Shown here piece by piece: positions 8,362 through 19,085 of a stretch of DNA of 64,000 nt. The stretch lies in the sequence record OL856099, one strand, 5' to 3'. The notes beneath the pieces are model-generated. The model was not told the DNA's origin and did not search any database. It saw only the letters and a program-made list of their open reading frames with translations. The position numbers were made by a program, and so were the translations under genes. Position 1 is the first letter of the stretch, and every line of letters begins with the position of its first letter. Source of the DNA: Shigella phage CWP003.

Positions 8362-9780
8362 ATGCGAATGCAAACGGCACGCGAAATTGACAAAAATGGA
8401 TTCTTGACGATTGTGGGTTGTCCCATTTCGTCATTTGGCATTTTTGATTATTCTGCAGGTCAGGTTGGACTTGATGGTGATCCGAATCGCATCGTAAAAG
8501 TTTATCGCCCAGAGTCAGCGGTGAAAGACCCCGAAGCGATAGATTCATTCAAAAATATCCCTTTCATCGACAATCACGAAATGCTTTCTGGATTCGAAGG
8601 TGATGAGGATAACACAGCACCCGAAGAGTATGGCGTTGATGGCGTTCTAACTGGCAATGTTTATTATGACAAGCCATGGATGCGCGGCGACCTTAAAGTT
8701 TTTAGCCGTCGTCTGAAGAAAGCCATCGATTCTGGAAAGGTTGACTTGTCTTTGGGCTATGACTGTGAATTCATCATACAGTCTGGAGAGTTTGACGGGC
8801 AGCCGTATGAAGTGGTACAGACAACTCTTCGCGGCAACCACATTGCTCTCGTGGACGTTGGTCGAGTACCAGGTGCACGGGTGCTGGATGGTCGTTGCTT
8901 TGACCATCTTTGTTTGACGACTGTAACACCATCCAACGAGGATTTAGACATGCCAAAACCGTTAAAAGGTAAAGCGCGTGATAATGCTGTTGAACAGCTG
9001 AAATCACTGATCCCTGCGCTCGAACAATTTCTGAATGAAGAGAGCACCGAAGCTGCTCATCAGGACGAAGTTGAAGTGAAAGCAGAAGAGAAGGATTCAA
9101 CCGAAGAACGTGAAGAAGTGATGGTTGATCCAGAAGTTAAAGCAGAAGCTGAAGAGACTCCAGAAGGTGAAGAGAAGTTTGAAGTTGAATCTGAATCTCA
9201 CGCTGGCGGCGAGCTTCCGCAACTGATCAGCCAAATCGAAGCACTTATTGCAAAACTGAAAGGTGGCGCGGTAGGTGATGAAGAAGAAGTTGAAGCCGAA
9301 GTCAAAGACGAAGAAGTTGAAGTCAAGGCTGAAGATGTATCACCTTGCGACAAAGCTGAAGATGTGGTTAGCGGCCTGCAAAACAGCAACGTAAAGGGGG
9401 CTTCGGTCGAAAAAGATGACAAACCGACAAAAGCGGCGAAAGCGTCGCCAGGTCCAGCAAAAGGGGAACACTCAATGGCATCTGATTCAGCAGTTGCTGC
9501 TTTCTACGCTGATTCTGCTCGTAAGAATAGCCTCTACCAGCGCCTGTCTAAAGTTGTTGGTGCCTTTGATCATGCAACTATGGACTCCAAGTCCGTAGCG
9601 AAATATGGCGCTAAAAAGTTAGGCTTGAAGTGCGTTGATGGTGCTGAGTTTGACGTGGTGGATAATTATCTGCGCGGCGTTGAACACGGTCAAAAACAGC
9701 GTGTAGTCGCAAAACAAAAGGCCGCTGCGGATTCTGCAGCAACTGACGAAGCATTTGAAGCTTGGTTGAAAGGGGAATAA
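8362..9780 (+). CDS. Head scaffolding protein, possibly fused to an N-terminal protease-like domain
   Basis: 472 aa; globular N-terminal domain of about 200 aa followed by a highly acidic Glu/Lys/Ala-rich helical region; position between the F-like gene and the capsid gene. Confidence 0.55.
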   Translation: MRMQTAREIDKNGFLTIVGCPISSFGIFDYSAGQVGLDGDPNRIVKVYRPESAVKDPEAIDSFKNIPFIDNHEMLSGFEGDEDNTAPEEYGVDGVLTGNVYYDKPWMRGDLKVFSRRLKKAIDSGKVDLSLGYDCEFIIQSGEFDGQPYEVVQTTLRGNHIALVDVGRVPGARVLDGRCFDHLCLTTVTPSNEDLDMPKPLKGKARDNAVEQLKSLIPALEQFLNEESTEAAHQDEVEVKAEEKDSTEEREEVMVDPEVKAEAEETPEGEEKFEVESESHAGGELPQLISQIEALIAKLKGGAVGDEEEVEAEVKDEEVEVKAEDVSPCDKAEDVVSGLQNSNVKGASVEKDDKPTKAAKASPGPAKGEHSMASDSAVAAFYADSARKNSLYQRLSKVVGAFDHATMDSKSVAKYGAKKLGLKCVDGAEFDVVDNYLRGVEHGQKQRVVAKQKAAADSAATDEAFEAWLKGE

Positions 9781-9782
9781 AT

Positions 9783-10400
9783 ATGACTTTCCAAACTAGT
9801 GTAGGCCGTCAATATACAACTGGCTTTCCTGGCGACATCGTTCGCGACGGCCCACAGCGTGGGAAGCCAGGTCGAATCGTTAGCGCCAACGACGGTGCAA
9901 ACGTAAACGCCATCAGCCGTGTGTTTGGTTTTAAAGCTGACGTATCTTTAATGGGTACTGGCCAAACCAAAACTTTGGGCGCGCAGGACTTTGAAGTTGA
10001 GCTGGGCGGCACCAACTACTACGGCATCCTCGGCAATAGCAAGCGTTATGCGCTGTATGGCAACTCTACTGGTCCTTTGGGCGCCAGCATGGTTCTGCCT
10101 CAATATAGCGAAGGCGAGTTCTACGATATGTGCACGGGCCTCGTAGTTGAAGTATTCAACCCTGGCACCAGTCCGCAGACGCTGAACTACGGCGACCTGC
10201 TCGCTTATGTACCTAAAGGCATCTCAAGCGTGAACAACCCGAACAACTTGCCTATCGGTGCAATTATCGCCTATACTGGCTCACTGCCAACTGGCATGGT
10301 TGCCATTCCAGGCGGTATCGTGATTGACCCGACTGCTATTGCCCTTTCCGGCCCAAGCGTCCAGTCTTCCACTTATACCATTGTACAATTGACTCGTTAA
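9783..10400 (+). CDS. Capsid accessory or decoration protein (putative)
   Basis: Start ATG 9783 (MTFQT) right after the scaffold stop; placement between scaffold and capsid. Confidence 0.4.
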   Translation: MTFQTSVGRQYTTGFPGDIVRDGPQRGKPGRIVSANDGANVNAISRVFGFKADVSLMGTGQTKTLGAQDFEVELGGTNYYGILGNSKRYALYGNSTGPLGASMVLPQYSEGEFYDMCTGLVVEVFNPGTSPQTLNYGDLLAYVPKGISSVNNPNNLPIGAIIAYTGSLPTGMVAIPGGIVIDPTAIALSGPSVQSSTYTIVQLTR

Positions 10401-10414
10401 TAGGCAGGTGAATA

Positions 10415-11554
10415 ATGACTCGCATTAGCCAAACACACTCTCGCCTCCCAGCGAGCAAGGTGCGCCCTTTTGATATGCAATCCGTTACCGACGCGGCTGT
10501 TTCCCAGCTTGCTCGTATCGGTATTGTGTTTGATTCCGCGATTGTGCGTGATCAGATTGAGCACTTAAACCGTGCAGGCGCTTTCCGCGTAGGTGACGCC
10601 GCGTTTACCGCGCCGCAGACCACGCCATCAATCCCGACCCCGCTGCAGTTCCTGCAACAGTGGCTGCCTGGCTTCGTCAAAATCATGACCGCTGCCCGTA
10701 AAATTGACGAGCTGGTTGGTATTGACACCGTTGGTCAGTGGGAAGATGCAGAAATCGTTCAGGGCATCGTTGAACCAGCTGGCACCGCAGTTGAATATGG
10801 TGATTTCACCTCTATTCCTCTGGCAAGTTGGAACGTGAACTTTGAACGTCGTTCCATCGTTCGCGGTGAAATGGGCATGGCAGTCGGCATGCTGGAAGAA
10901 GGCCGCGCGTCTGCGATGCGTCTGAACTCCGCAGAGACCAAGCGCCAGCAGGCTGCTGTATCTCTGGAAATCATGCGTAACGCAATCGGCTTCTATGGTT
11001 GGTACAACGGGAACAACCGCACGTTCGGCTTCCTGAATGATCCAAACCTGCCAGCGGCGATGACTTCAAACACCACTTCCGGCTGGGCTACTGCGACCTT
11101 CCAACAGGTGACTGCAGACATCCGTTTGATGGTCCGTCAAATTCGTGTAAACTCTCAGGATCAGATTGATCCAGAGAAGGTTGACATGACTCTGGCGTTG
11201 CCGACCAACTCTATTGATTGGCTGTCAAACACCACCGACTTCGGTATTTCTGTACGTGACTGGATCACCCAGACTTATCCGAAGATGAAGATCAAATCTG
11301 CACCGGAACTCAACGGCGCACTTGGCAGTGACCCGACTTTCCTGAACGTGGCATATCTGTATGCTGATCACATCGATTCCTCGATTGATGGCTCAAGCGA
11401 TGATGGTTCCGTATTCAGTCAGCTGGTCCAGACTAAGTTCATGACTCTGGGCGTTGAGAAACGTGCTAAGAGCTACGTTGAAGACTACGCAAACGCAACA
11501 GCAGGCGTTCTGCTCAAGCGTCCTTTCGCAGTCGTCCGTATGACTGGTATCTAA
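10415..11554 (+). CDS. Major capsid protein (putative)
   Basis: 379 aa; AGGTGA RBS; follows scaffold and accessory genes; stem-loop GGGGCG...CGCCCC follows the stop (11580-11610). Confidence 0.55.
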   Translation: MTRISQTHSRLPASKVRPFDMQSVTDAAVSQLARIGIVFDSAIVRDQIEHLNRAGAFRVGDAAFTAPQTTPSIPTPLQFLQQWLPGFVKIMTAARKIDELVGIDTVGQWEDAEIVQGIVEPAGTAVEYGDFTSIPLASWNVNFERRSIVRGEMGMAVGMLEEGRASAMRLNSAETKRQQAAVSLEIMRNAIGFYGWYNGNNRTFGFLNDPNLPAAMTSNTTSGWATATFQQVTADIRLMVRQIRVNSQDQIDPEKVDMTLALPTNSIDWLSNTTDFGISVRDWITQTYPKMKIKSAPELNGALGSDPTFLNVAYLYADHIDSSIDGSSDDGSVFSQLVQTKFMTLGVEKRAKSYVEDYANATAGVLLKRPFAVVRMTGI

Positions 11555-11669
11555 TTGCTGTGATTACACAGTAAAACACATGGGGCGTGGTCGAAAGGCT
11601 TCGCCCCATATCAATAGACCTCAAGGGCTGTAGGGGCTTATCTGAGGCTTATATAAATAGGACTACAAA

Positions 11670-12134
11670 ATGCCAAAATACATCGTTTCAACTATGTCTA
11701 TGTCAGTCAACTACACTTTCTATACGGAAGTGAAAGAAAACCCGAACGCAAAAGCTGGTTCAGGCGCGCTTCCAAATATTCGCAAACAGATTCTGATTAA
11801 GGGCGGCGCTGGTCTTACTTCGGCAACTTCCGGCTTTGGTGAAATGGCAAAAGGCGCTGATGGGGCACCTTTGTGGACTCCTGAAGGAATCGTCACCGTT
11901 GTAAGCGATGCTGATTTTGAACATCTAAAAGATCATCACGTATTCAAGCAGCACCTTGAAAAAGGTCTGGTTAAAGTGGTTAACCACGACATCGTTGGCA
12001 ATCACAAAGCTGTTGCTAAAGAAGTGCGCAGCATGTCAGATGACCCGTTCGCACCTATGACGCGTGAAACTGCTGACAAGCGCATCAAGGTTAAATTGAG
12101 CGGCGAACAAGAAAATGATTTGTTCCGCGTTTAA
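11670..12134 (+). CDS. Virion structural protein (hypothetical)
   Basis: Track ORF in the structural operon. Confidence 0.4.
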   Translation: MPKYIVSTMSMSVNYTFYTEVKENPNAKAGSGALPNIRKQILIKGGAGLTSATSGFGEMAKGADGAPLWTPEGIVTVVSDADFEHLKDHHVFKQHLEKGLVKVVNHDIVGNHKAVAKEVRSMSDDPFAPMTRETADKRIKVKLSGEQENDLFRV

Positions 12135-12139
12135 ATAAG

Positions 12140-12604
12140 GTGAATGCCATGTCATTAGATTACGAAAAGTTCAGAATAAAATTTCCACAGTTTGCTGATC
12201 AGGTAAAATTCCCTGACACAACGCTTCAAGTATTCTATGACATGGCATGTGAATTTATTGAATCACAAGACAGTCCTTGTCGTGTTTTAAATGGCAGTAA
12301 ATTGGAGCTGGCATTGGAATATATGACGGCTCATCTTTTATGCATAGCCACAGACCAACAGGTGTCTGTGTCTTCTGGTGACGGAGTTGAACAAGGCGGC
12401 TTCGTGACTGGTGCAACAATCGGTGACATCACCGTGAATAAGGTAGCGCCGCCAGCAAGTGATGGTTGGGAATACTGGCTTTCAAGCACTCCTTATGGCA
12501 TGGCGCTTTGGGCGTTTCTGCAAGCACTGGCTGTCGGCGGCTTGTCGTTTGGCGGTCTTCCAGAGCGCGAAGGATTTCGTAAAATTGGTGGGGTATTCTG
12601 GTGA
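12140..12604 (+). CDS. Head-tail joining or completion protein (hypothetical)
   Basis: Track ORF; position only. Confidence 0.35.
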   Translation: MNAMSLDYEKFRIKFPQFADQVKFPDTTLQVFYDMACEFIESQDSPCRVLNGSKLELALEYMTAHLLCIATDQQVSVSSGDGVEQGGFVTGATIGDITVNKVAPPASDGWEYWLSSTPYGMALWAFLQALAVGGLSFGGLPEREGFRKIGGVFW

Positions 12605-12987
12605 GGATTCCTGGCGTAAACTTATATCGAGTTGCGACAAAGGTCATCGGTCGCCAACCGATTCAATATTACATGTACAAGGGGCGCACTCTTGATAAAA
12701 TGCGCAACTACGTTACAACTTATGAAGAACCAATCACGCTACTTGCTTCGGTGCAGGCTGTTCTTCGAAATCAATACGTCGAGCTTGGATTAGAGCTTCA
12801 AAAGAACTATGTCAAAATCTGGGTAGACAAAGACATTGTTGACCTTGACCGCGATGCTTCCGGCGACTATTTTGTGTTTGGTGGGAAAACGTATAAAATG
12901 GAAGATGAAACGACATGGTTTGACCAAGATGGTTGGACGTCTTGCCTTGCCGTGGAAGTAAAACAAAGCTTTCCAGTGTCTACTTGA
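12601..12987 (+). CDS. Head-tail joining or completion protein (hypothetical)
   Basis: Track ORF; 4-nt overlap with the previous gene. Confidence 0.35.
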   Translation: MRIPGVNLYRVATKVIGRQPIQYYMYKGRTLDKMRNYVTTYEEPITLLASVQAVLRNQYVELGLELQKNYVKIWVDKDIVDLDRDASGDYFVFGGKTYKMEDETTWFDQDGWTSCLAVEVKQSFPVST

Positions 12988-12988
12988 G

Positions 12989-13570
12989 GTGCATATGACA
13001 GATGTCGACCTGATTGACATGCTGGCAACGAGAATTGAAGAAGGTCTGGCGGCGTATAGTCGTGCAGACCTTTCTGCTGTTCCGGTCCAGAAAAAGTATC
13101 AACCGACTCAACAGGGCATTCCGACTGGTGATCAAATTTGGTTTAACCTTTTATTCTCAGTTCCTTTTGGATGGTCCATGAGGAAAAGTGAATTTGTCAA
13201 TGATGAGTCTCAATTCGTAAACGGCAAATTTAAAGATATTGAAGATCAGATATACGCAACACGTTTTCAAATCAGCGGCTTATTTCCAGAAGTTCCTGGC
13301 AATCCAGAAAAGCCTACTGCTAATGACGTGTTGACTTATTTGGCAAGATTCATAACTCATAAAGCTAATCTGAGAGATTGGTTCAAAAAGCATCAGGCAT
13401 CAGTATATCGAATCGACATGAATAATAATGAAAAGTTTTATGATGACATGTCACAATTCGAATCATTCCCTTCTTTTGATTTAGTAATACTTCACAGAAA
13501 CGCAATTTCAATTGATACTCCTGCAGTGGCAAGAGCTGTTAATAATGATTTGGGTGACGTTCCGGTGTAA
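12989..13570 (+). CDS. Structural protein (hypothetical)
   Basis: Track ORF. Confidence 0.35.
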   Translation: MHMTDVDLIDMLATRIEEGLAAYSRADLSAVPVQKKYQPTQQGIPTGDQIWFNLLFSVPFGWSMRKSEFVNDESQFVNGKFKDIEDQIYATRFQISGLFPEVPGNPEKPTANDVLTYLARFITHKANLRDWFKKHQASVYRIDMNNNEKFYDDMSQFESFPSFDLVILHRNAISIDTPAVARAVNNDLGDVPV

Positions 13571-13571
13571 T

Positions 13572-14057
13572 ATGACAAAATCAAAAATGATAGAAAAACA
13601 GATTAAGGCACTTCAATCTATGAAGGGTCTTACTGTTGAGGCAGGATGGTTTGATTCTACCAGATACCCTTCAGAAACTGGTGGAGAAGGCATGCTGGTG
13701 TCAGAAGTCGCGCGGCTTAACGAGTTTGGTCACATAGCCGTTTTGAACTTTGGACAAGGCCCAGTCAGGGTAGAAGTGCCACCCAGACCATTCATGAGAT
13801 ATGCCTATGAATTATTCGTTAGTGAGCGCAGTGAAATAGAGAATAAAATTGCTAAAAAGATTTTTTCCGGTAAAATAGACGCTAGACAGGCATTGGGTCA
13901 AATTGGGCTTGCGATGGAAGCAAAGATTGTCGAATCAATTAAAAACGGACCGTGGCAACCAAACGCCAGATATACTGTACGTGTGAAGGGATTCGACAAG
14001 CCTTTGATTCACACTAGCCTCATGTGGCAATCTGTCAGCAGCCAAGTCATTAAATAA
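13572..14057 (+). CDS. Structural protein (hypothetical)
   Basis: Start ATG 13572 (MTKSK) after the previous stop; in frame with track ORF 13512..14057. Confidence 0.35.
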   Translation: MTKSKMIEKQIKALQSMKGLTVEAGWFDSTRYPSETGGEGMLVSEVARLNEFGHIAVLNFGQGPVRVEVPPRPFMRYAYELFVSERSEIENKIAKKIFSGKIDARQALGQIGLAMEAKIVESIKNGPWQPNARYTVRVKGFDKPLIHTSLMWQSVSSQVIK

Positions 14058-14069
14058 GAGGACACCGAC

Positions 14070-15608
14070 GTGATCAGTCAATCTCGTTATATTAAAATTG
14101 TATCAGGGGTCGGAGCAGGCGCGGCTGTTGCAGTTCGCAAACTGTCGCTTCGCGTCATGACTTCTAATACAGTTCTGCCGCCAGGCATTGTAGCAGAATT
14201 TTCAACGGCTGATGCTGTTGGATCATATTTCGGTTATTCTTCCGAAGAATATAAGCGCGCAGCATTATATTTTGGATTCATCAGCAAGCAAATTAACTCG
14301 CCTGATTCAATCAGCTTCTCGCGTATTGTTTCAACTGCGATTCCAGCAATGGTCATCGGTGATACTGAGCCTAAAGTGCTTGCTACGTTCCAAGCATTCA
14401 CTGGCGCTATTTTAAGCATCACTTATGATGGCACAGACTACCTGACTGACGCAATTAACCTTTCAGCAGCAACAAGTCTGGCGAATGTGGCTGAACTTCT
14501 GGAAACGGCAATCAATACTAAATTTGCAGCAGAAGGGGGCACGTCGGTGCCTGCACTTGCTGATGCAGAAGTGTATTGGAACGCTAATACTCAGCAGTTC
14601 ACGCTGGAAGCAGCGCCGTCGACCGCTGGCGCAGGCAATCTGTCTATCAACGTCACAGGCCAACCGACCGACCCGTCTCAAGCATTAGGTTGGACCACCA
14701 CTGGCACCGTAACCGTTGCAGGCCAGGGCGTTTCAAGTCCGGTAGAAGCCATCGCGGCATCTGTGGAAATCTCCAACAACTTTGGCTCATTCCTTTTTGC
14801 TGGGGCTGACCGAACTCTGGAAGAAATTACCGCTGTGGCAGCGTGGACTCATTCGCAGAATAATATGTACATGTATTTATTCTCGACTTCGTTCGCTAAT
14901 ATCGGGTCATACTACACCGCTCTGAAAGGGTACTCAGGCGTTGGCATGATGATTCGCGCAACTAACCTTGCAAACGATTACATCGACCAAGCACCTGCTG
15001 AAATCCTCGCGGCGACAAACTATAATACTGTGAATGCGACTCAAAACTACATGTATTATCAGTTTGATACTCGCAACGTGACTGTTTCAACTGACTCTCG
15101 TGCAGACACTGCTGATCAAAACCGTGCTAACTACATCGGTGCAACTCAGCAGGCCGGACAAACCTTGGCATTCTTCCAGCGCGGCGTATTGATGGGCGGG
15201 TCTACCGCAGCAGTTGACATGAATACTTATGCCAACGAGATGTGGCTTAAATCTGCTATCACTTCTCAGCTGTTCAGCATGTTCTTGAATCTTGGTCGCG
15301 TGCCTGCAAACGAAGAAGGTAAAGCGACTGTACAAGCAATGATTCAAGTTGCTGTTGACAATGCGAAGGTTAACGGCACCATCTCTGTTGGCAAGGCGCT
15401 GACTGAGATTCAGAAACAATACATCACGCAAACTTCCGGTGACAGCACTGCTTGGCGGCAGGTTGAAACTATCGGTTACTGGCTGACTGTAGATTTTGAT
15501 ACTGAAACCACTTCCGATGGGCGCACCGAATACTATGCAACATACACGCTAATCTACTCTAAAGATGATGCTGTGCGTCGCGTTGAAGGTCGTGACGTCC
15601 TTATCTAA
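14070..15608 (+). CDS. Putative tail sheath protein
   Basis: 512 aa; GTG start with AAGAGGA RBS; immediately followed by a tube-like gene. Inference from size and order only. Confidence 0.4.
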   Translation: MISQSRYIKIVSGVGAGAAVAVRKLSLRVMTSNTVLPPGIVAEFSTADAVGSYFGYSSEEYKRAALYFGFISKQINSPDSISFSRIVSTAIPAMVIGDTEPKVLATFQAFTGAILSITYDGTDYLTDAINLSAATSLANVAELLETAINTKFAAEGGTSVPALADAEVYWNANTQQFTLEAAPSTAGAGNLSINVTGQPTDPSQALGWTTTGTVTVAGQGVSSPVEAIAASVEISNNFGSFLFAGADRTLEEITAVAAWTHSQNNMYMYLFSTSFANIGSYYTALKGYSGVGMMIRATNLANDYIDQAPAEILAATNYNTVNATQNYMYYQFDTRNVTVSTDSRADTADQNRANYIGATQQAGQTLAFFQRGVLMGGSTAAVDMNTYANEMWLKSAITSQLFSMFLNLGRVPANEEGKATVQAMIQVAVDNAKVNGTISVGKALTEIQKQYITQTSGDSTAWRQVETIGYWLTVDFDTETTSDGRTEYYATYTLIYSKDDAVRRVEGRDVLI

Positions 15609-15655
15609 ATAATTGCCGCCGTAACTGGCGGCCATCTCTCTGAGAGGAATCTGTA

Positions 15656-16123
15656 ATGATTAACGTTTCCGGTTTTGGCGCTTCGATTCGTTTAGTGGCA
15701 TCAAACACTTTTCCAAATGGTGTAACTCTTTCTGATTTCGCAGATGATGCTGATCCGATTGACGCGCCTGATCTTCAAATCTCTGAAGCGGCAATGGGAT
15801 TGAACGGTGACTTGGTAGTCTGGAACCGTGCCAACCCTCTTGAAGTAGGCGTCAACATCATCCCTACTTCTGAAAGCGATGTAAACTTAGATGTTCTGGC
15901 AGCGGCTAACCGTGTAGGCAAGCGCAAGAACTCTGCGAAAGACGTGATCACCCTTATTCTGACCTACCCTTCTGGCATGGTCATCACACTGAACAAGGGA
16001 ACTTTGACTACTGGTTCAGTGATTCCTGGCATCCAGTCTCAGGGTCGTGTAAAAACACGTCAATATCGCTTTAAGTTTGAGAACGTAGTCAAAACTGGCG
16101 TGAGCAACCAAGAGATTTTATAA
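15656..16123 (+). CDS. Putative tail tube protein
   Basis: 155 aa; follows the putative sheath; paralogous to 17074..17571 (shared MxNxSGFGxSIRxVA N-terminus and LITYPxG motif). Confidence 0.45.
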   Translation: MINVSGFGASIRLVASNTFPNGVTLSDFADDADPIDAPDLQISEAAMGLNGDLVVWNRANPLEVGVNIIPTSESDVNLDVLAAANRVGKRKNSAKDVITLILTYPSGMVITLNKGTLTTGSVIPGIQSQGRVKTRQYRFKFENVVKTGVSNQEIL

Positions 16124-16452
16124 TGTATCAAATACCACTTGACAGCGTACCTAACCAGAATATCAGCTTTAACGTTGACGGTGCTTATTGGCAGCTGCAC
16201 ATATTCGCCGCAATTGAGCACATGTGCGCAGATGTTTACCGCAATGGCGAATTGTTGATTCAGGGGGTACGTTGTTTTGGTGGTATACCAATGGTGCCTT
16301 ATAAATATCTCATGATTGGGTACGGCAACTTTATTTTTGACAGCGTACCCGATTATGAGCATTTTAACTCTGGCGGCTGTAATTTATATTACATGTCAGA
16401 ATCTGAGTTGGCTGAATTCCAGAAAACTGCTGAAGCGGAGTTTGCAATTTGA
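16123..16452 (+). CDS. Hypothetical tail protein
   Basis: Track ORF. Confidence 0.35.
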   Translation: MYQIPLDSVPNQNISFNVDGAYWQLHIFAAIEHMCADVYRNGELLIQGVRCFGGIPMVPYKYLMIGYGNFIFDSVPDYEHFNSGGCNLYYMSESELAEFQKTAEAEFAI

Positions 16453-16805
16453 CAACTCTAACGATTGAAGTTAATGATAACAATGACCTTTTTCTGCCTG
16501 ATGGAAGAAATTTGAATATTCTGTCAGGAGAAAAGGCCATGGTACAAGTTATCAAGGCGGCGCATCAAATGCGACTTGGTGAAGACTTGTACGATGTTGA
16601 AAACGGAGTCGATTATTTAGGCACTGTTTTCAAATCGCCCGTTGATGAAGACGGTGCGAGAAAGTCGATTGCAGATGCTATTCTGAAGAAAGCAGACGTT
16701 GCCGGAATCGACTCATTGACTGTCACCATCCAAAACGGTATTCTTGGATTCACCGCTGAAGTGGTGACTATTTATGGCGAACGTATAAAGGTGAGTAATC
16801 AATAA
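16449..16805 (+). CDS. Hypothetical tail protein
   Basis: Track ORF. Confidence 0.35.
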   Translation: MTTLTIEVNDNNDLFLPDGRNLNILSGEKAMVQVIKAAHQMRLGEDLYDVENGVDYLGTVFKSPVDEDGARKSIADAILKKADVAGIDSLTVTIQNGILGFTAEVVTIYGERIKVSNQ

Positions 16806-17071
16806 TGGCACAAGTAATTCATTTTGCTAATGGCGTCATGAAATTTGGCGAAAAATTTGAAGACGCATCGGAATTATTCAAAAAGACTTCAAACCCTGTT
16901 GCGGAGAAGAAAGAACAGGTTGAAGAGAAGGCAGTAGAATCGAAAGTTGATTTCGATTCAATGAGCGTCTCTGAATTGAAGGCTTATGCAAAGGAACATG
17001 AGATTGACATTAAAGGTCTTTCTTATAAGGATGAAATTCTTGCAGCAGTTAAATCTGCATCTGCGGAGTAA
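16805..17071 (+). CDS. Small protein with SAP/Rho_N-like motif
   Basis: 88 aa; MSVSELKAYAKEHEIDIKGLSYKDEILAAV matches the SAP/Rho-N helix-extended-helix pattern. Confidence 0.4.
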   Translation: MAQVIHFANGVMKFGEKFEDASELFKKTSNPVAEKKEQVEEKAVESKVDFDSMSVSELKAYAKEHEIDIKGLSYKDEILAAVKSASAE

Positions 17072-17073
17072 AC

Positions 17074-17571
17074 ATGGTCAATATTAGTGGATTTGGCACA
17101 AGCATTAGAATTGTCGCTCTCCAATCTTTTCCTGTTGGGCTGAATATCAGTTCTTTGTCTGATGACCAGGATTCGCTAATTATTGAGGAAGTTGAATCAG
17201 TAGGCTATCAACTTACTTATGACGGCGGCATTTGTATTTATGACAAGGCCGCCGTCGTTCGCGTATCCATTGCAGTGATCCCAAACACTGAAGACGACAT
17301 AAACCTAAAGCTTTTGCTTTCCGCTCGTAAAGGCGGATTCAAGTGGCTTCCTATACAGGATGTCACATCAATGCTTATTACATATCCTGATGGCGGCAGA
17401 GTAGCATTTTCGAACGGGACCATCATCAGCGGTCCGCTTGGCGACTCCATTGAGCAATCAGGTCGTCGCAAGACAAACAGATACACATTCGTGTTTGCCA
17501 GCTACGGCGGCGCACAGAGTACATCGCAAATTGCAAAAGGCGTGGTGCAGAGCATATTGGGGTCAATTTAA
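17074..17571 (+). CDS. Tail tube-like paralog (possible tube initiator)
   Basis: 165 aa; clear paralogy to 15656..16123. Confidence 0.45.
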   Translation: MVNISGFGTSIRIVALQSFPVGLNISSLSDDQDSLIIEEVESVGYQLTYDGGICIYDKAAVVRVSIAVIPNTEDDINLKLLLSARKGGFKWLPIQDVTSMLITYPDGGRVAFSNGTIISGPLGDSIEQSGRRKTNRYTFVFASYGGAQSTSQIAKGVVQSILGSI

Positions 17572-18104
17572 TGGCTATCGATTTATTGTCATATAGTCTT
17601 TCAAACAGAAGCTTCAAAATAAGAAGCTTCAACCTTGGGGAAGTGTCAACGCTTGGTTGGGCTATTGTTAACGTAAAAATAAGACTCCAAGCAAAGATAT
17701 TCAAAAACCAAAGGGAAGACGGAAGCTATATCGTCGATGGCAGAGTCAAAATGCCTAGAATATTGACTGTGACTGTAATAGCACAGACAAAAAGCGCGTC
17801 CGACGCAATCACAAAGATGTTGCAGAACAGGTCCACGATATACACAATAAATTCTCGTGGGCTAATATTTGAACGTATGGTGCTGCAAAATAACAATTTC
17901 AGCCAAGATGCTGACAATATAACTTCACAACCCATACAACTGGTATTCCACGAAATATTAACACAGCAGGATGTGTCTATTCAAACAGCGCAAGCAGCCG
18001 ACTCAACTGTCATCGAGCGCGGCATAGCTTATATAAAAGAAACCACTGCCAGCGTCACTGGCGTTGCAACAAAGGTGATGAATGGCATCAAGGGGATGTT
18101 CTGA
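17571..18104 (+). CDS. Hypothetical tail protein
   Basis: Track ORF. Confidence 0.35.
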   Translation: MAIDLLSYSLSNRSFKIRSFNLGEVSTLGWAIVNVKIRLQAKIFKNQREDGSYIVDGRVKMPRILTVTVIAQTKSASDAITKMLQNRSTIYTINSRGLIFERMVLQNNNFSQDADNITSQPIQLVFHEILTQQDVSIQTAQAADSTVIERGIAYIKETTASVTGVATKVMNGIKGMF

Positions 18105-18664
18105 TGGACTTTGTTTCGATTCTGCTCTCTGGTCAATCTTTGACCATAACGAATGAGTCAACAGGGATTTCTGTATGGACAAAGCTTTCTCCAGTATCTG
18201 CAGAAATAACATCACCAGCAGAAACCACTCAATTTCCACTTGCTGGAACGGCAATGCAGGTGGTGGAAGTATCAAGCACATCCTCAGTAAGCAATCTACA
18301 GGCGGCAAAAGTAATAATGCCAGCGCACATGGCGCTAAACGTAATTTGCAACGACCAATCGACTATTGAAAACATAATTAATACATTCGACAATGATGAA
18401 GTTACATTTTCAATAACTTCTCGAAGCATAATTGCAAGCAAAATGTCGATGTCTGATGTTGAAATAACTCAGTCAGAAGAAAACCTGAATGGAGTCTCAA
18501 TTGTAATAACATTTGAACAGACGTCATTTAGTATTCAAGGAAGCTTTGACCCTAAACAGTCCGCAGATGAATCGTCAAATGGCGTTGCCATTAAAGAGCC
18601 AGTCAGTTTGACTACAACTGTGAGTTCGTTATATAATAAAATAAAATCAACAGTAGGAATATAA
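18104..18664 (+). CDS. Hypothetical tail protein (possible assembly chaperone)
   Basis: Track ORF; position upstream of tape measure. Confidence 0.35.
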   Translation: MDFVSILLSGQSLTITNESTGISVWTKLSPVSAEITSPAETTQFPLAGTAMQVVEVSSTSSVSNLQAAKVIMPAHMALNVICNDQSTIENIINTFDNDEVTFSITSRSIIASKMSMSDVEITQSEENLNGVSIVITFEQTSFSIQGSFDPKQSADESSNGVAIKEPVSLTTTVSSLYNKIKSTVGI

Positions 18665-18665
18665 A

Positions 18666-19082
18666 ATGAAGATCACCAATAAACAAACTGGTCGTAAAGT
18701 AGAAATTAAAATCAGCAAAATGACTGCGATGGAAGGTTGGAACATACAGCGCCGATTCATCGAATTTGCAATGTCAAAAGACCCTGCATTTCGTTCAGAA
18801 TACACAATGGAAGTATTAAGCTTTGCAAAGGTTGAACTTGATGTAGGGCAAGAAATTCCTCTGAGCACTGGCGCACTTATTGACAACCATCTTGGCGACT
18901 GGGAAAACTTGAAATTGGTTTTCGAAGCGGTGTTGATGGAAAACGGAATAAACCCAGAGACTCATGCTGAACGTGAAGGATACTGGGAACAAGCTGGCGG
19001 CGAAATGGCTGCAGCATTCATTGGCGAATCGATGCGATTAATCGCGCCATTCCTCAGCGGCGAGACTCCAAACAAGGGGTAA
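18666..19082 (+). CDS. Hypothetical tail protein (possible assembly chaperone)
   Basis: Track ORF immediately upstream of tape measure. Confidence 0.35.
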   Translation: MKITNKQTGRKVEIKISKMTAMEGWNIQRRFIEFAMSKDPAFRSEYTMEVLSFAKVELDVGQEIPLSTGALIDNHLGDWENLKLVFEAVLMENGINPETHAEREGYWEQAGGEMAAAFIGESMRLIAPFLSGETPNKG

Positions 19083-19085
19083 ACT

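Noticed and set aside
18630-18670. Programmed -1 frameshift between the two ORFs upstream of tape measure
   Set aside because: No canonical slippery heptamer (X XXY YYZ) was evident at the 18104..18664 / 18666..19082 junction; the AAUAAAAUAAAAU run is not a standard shift site.
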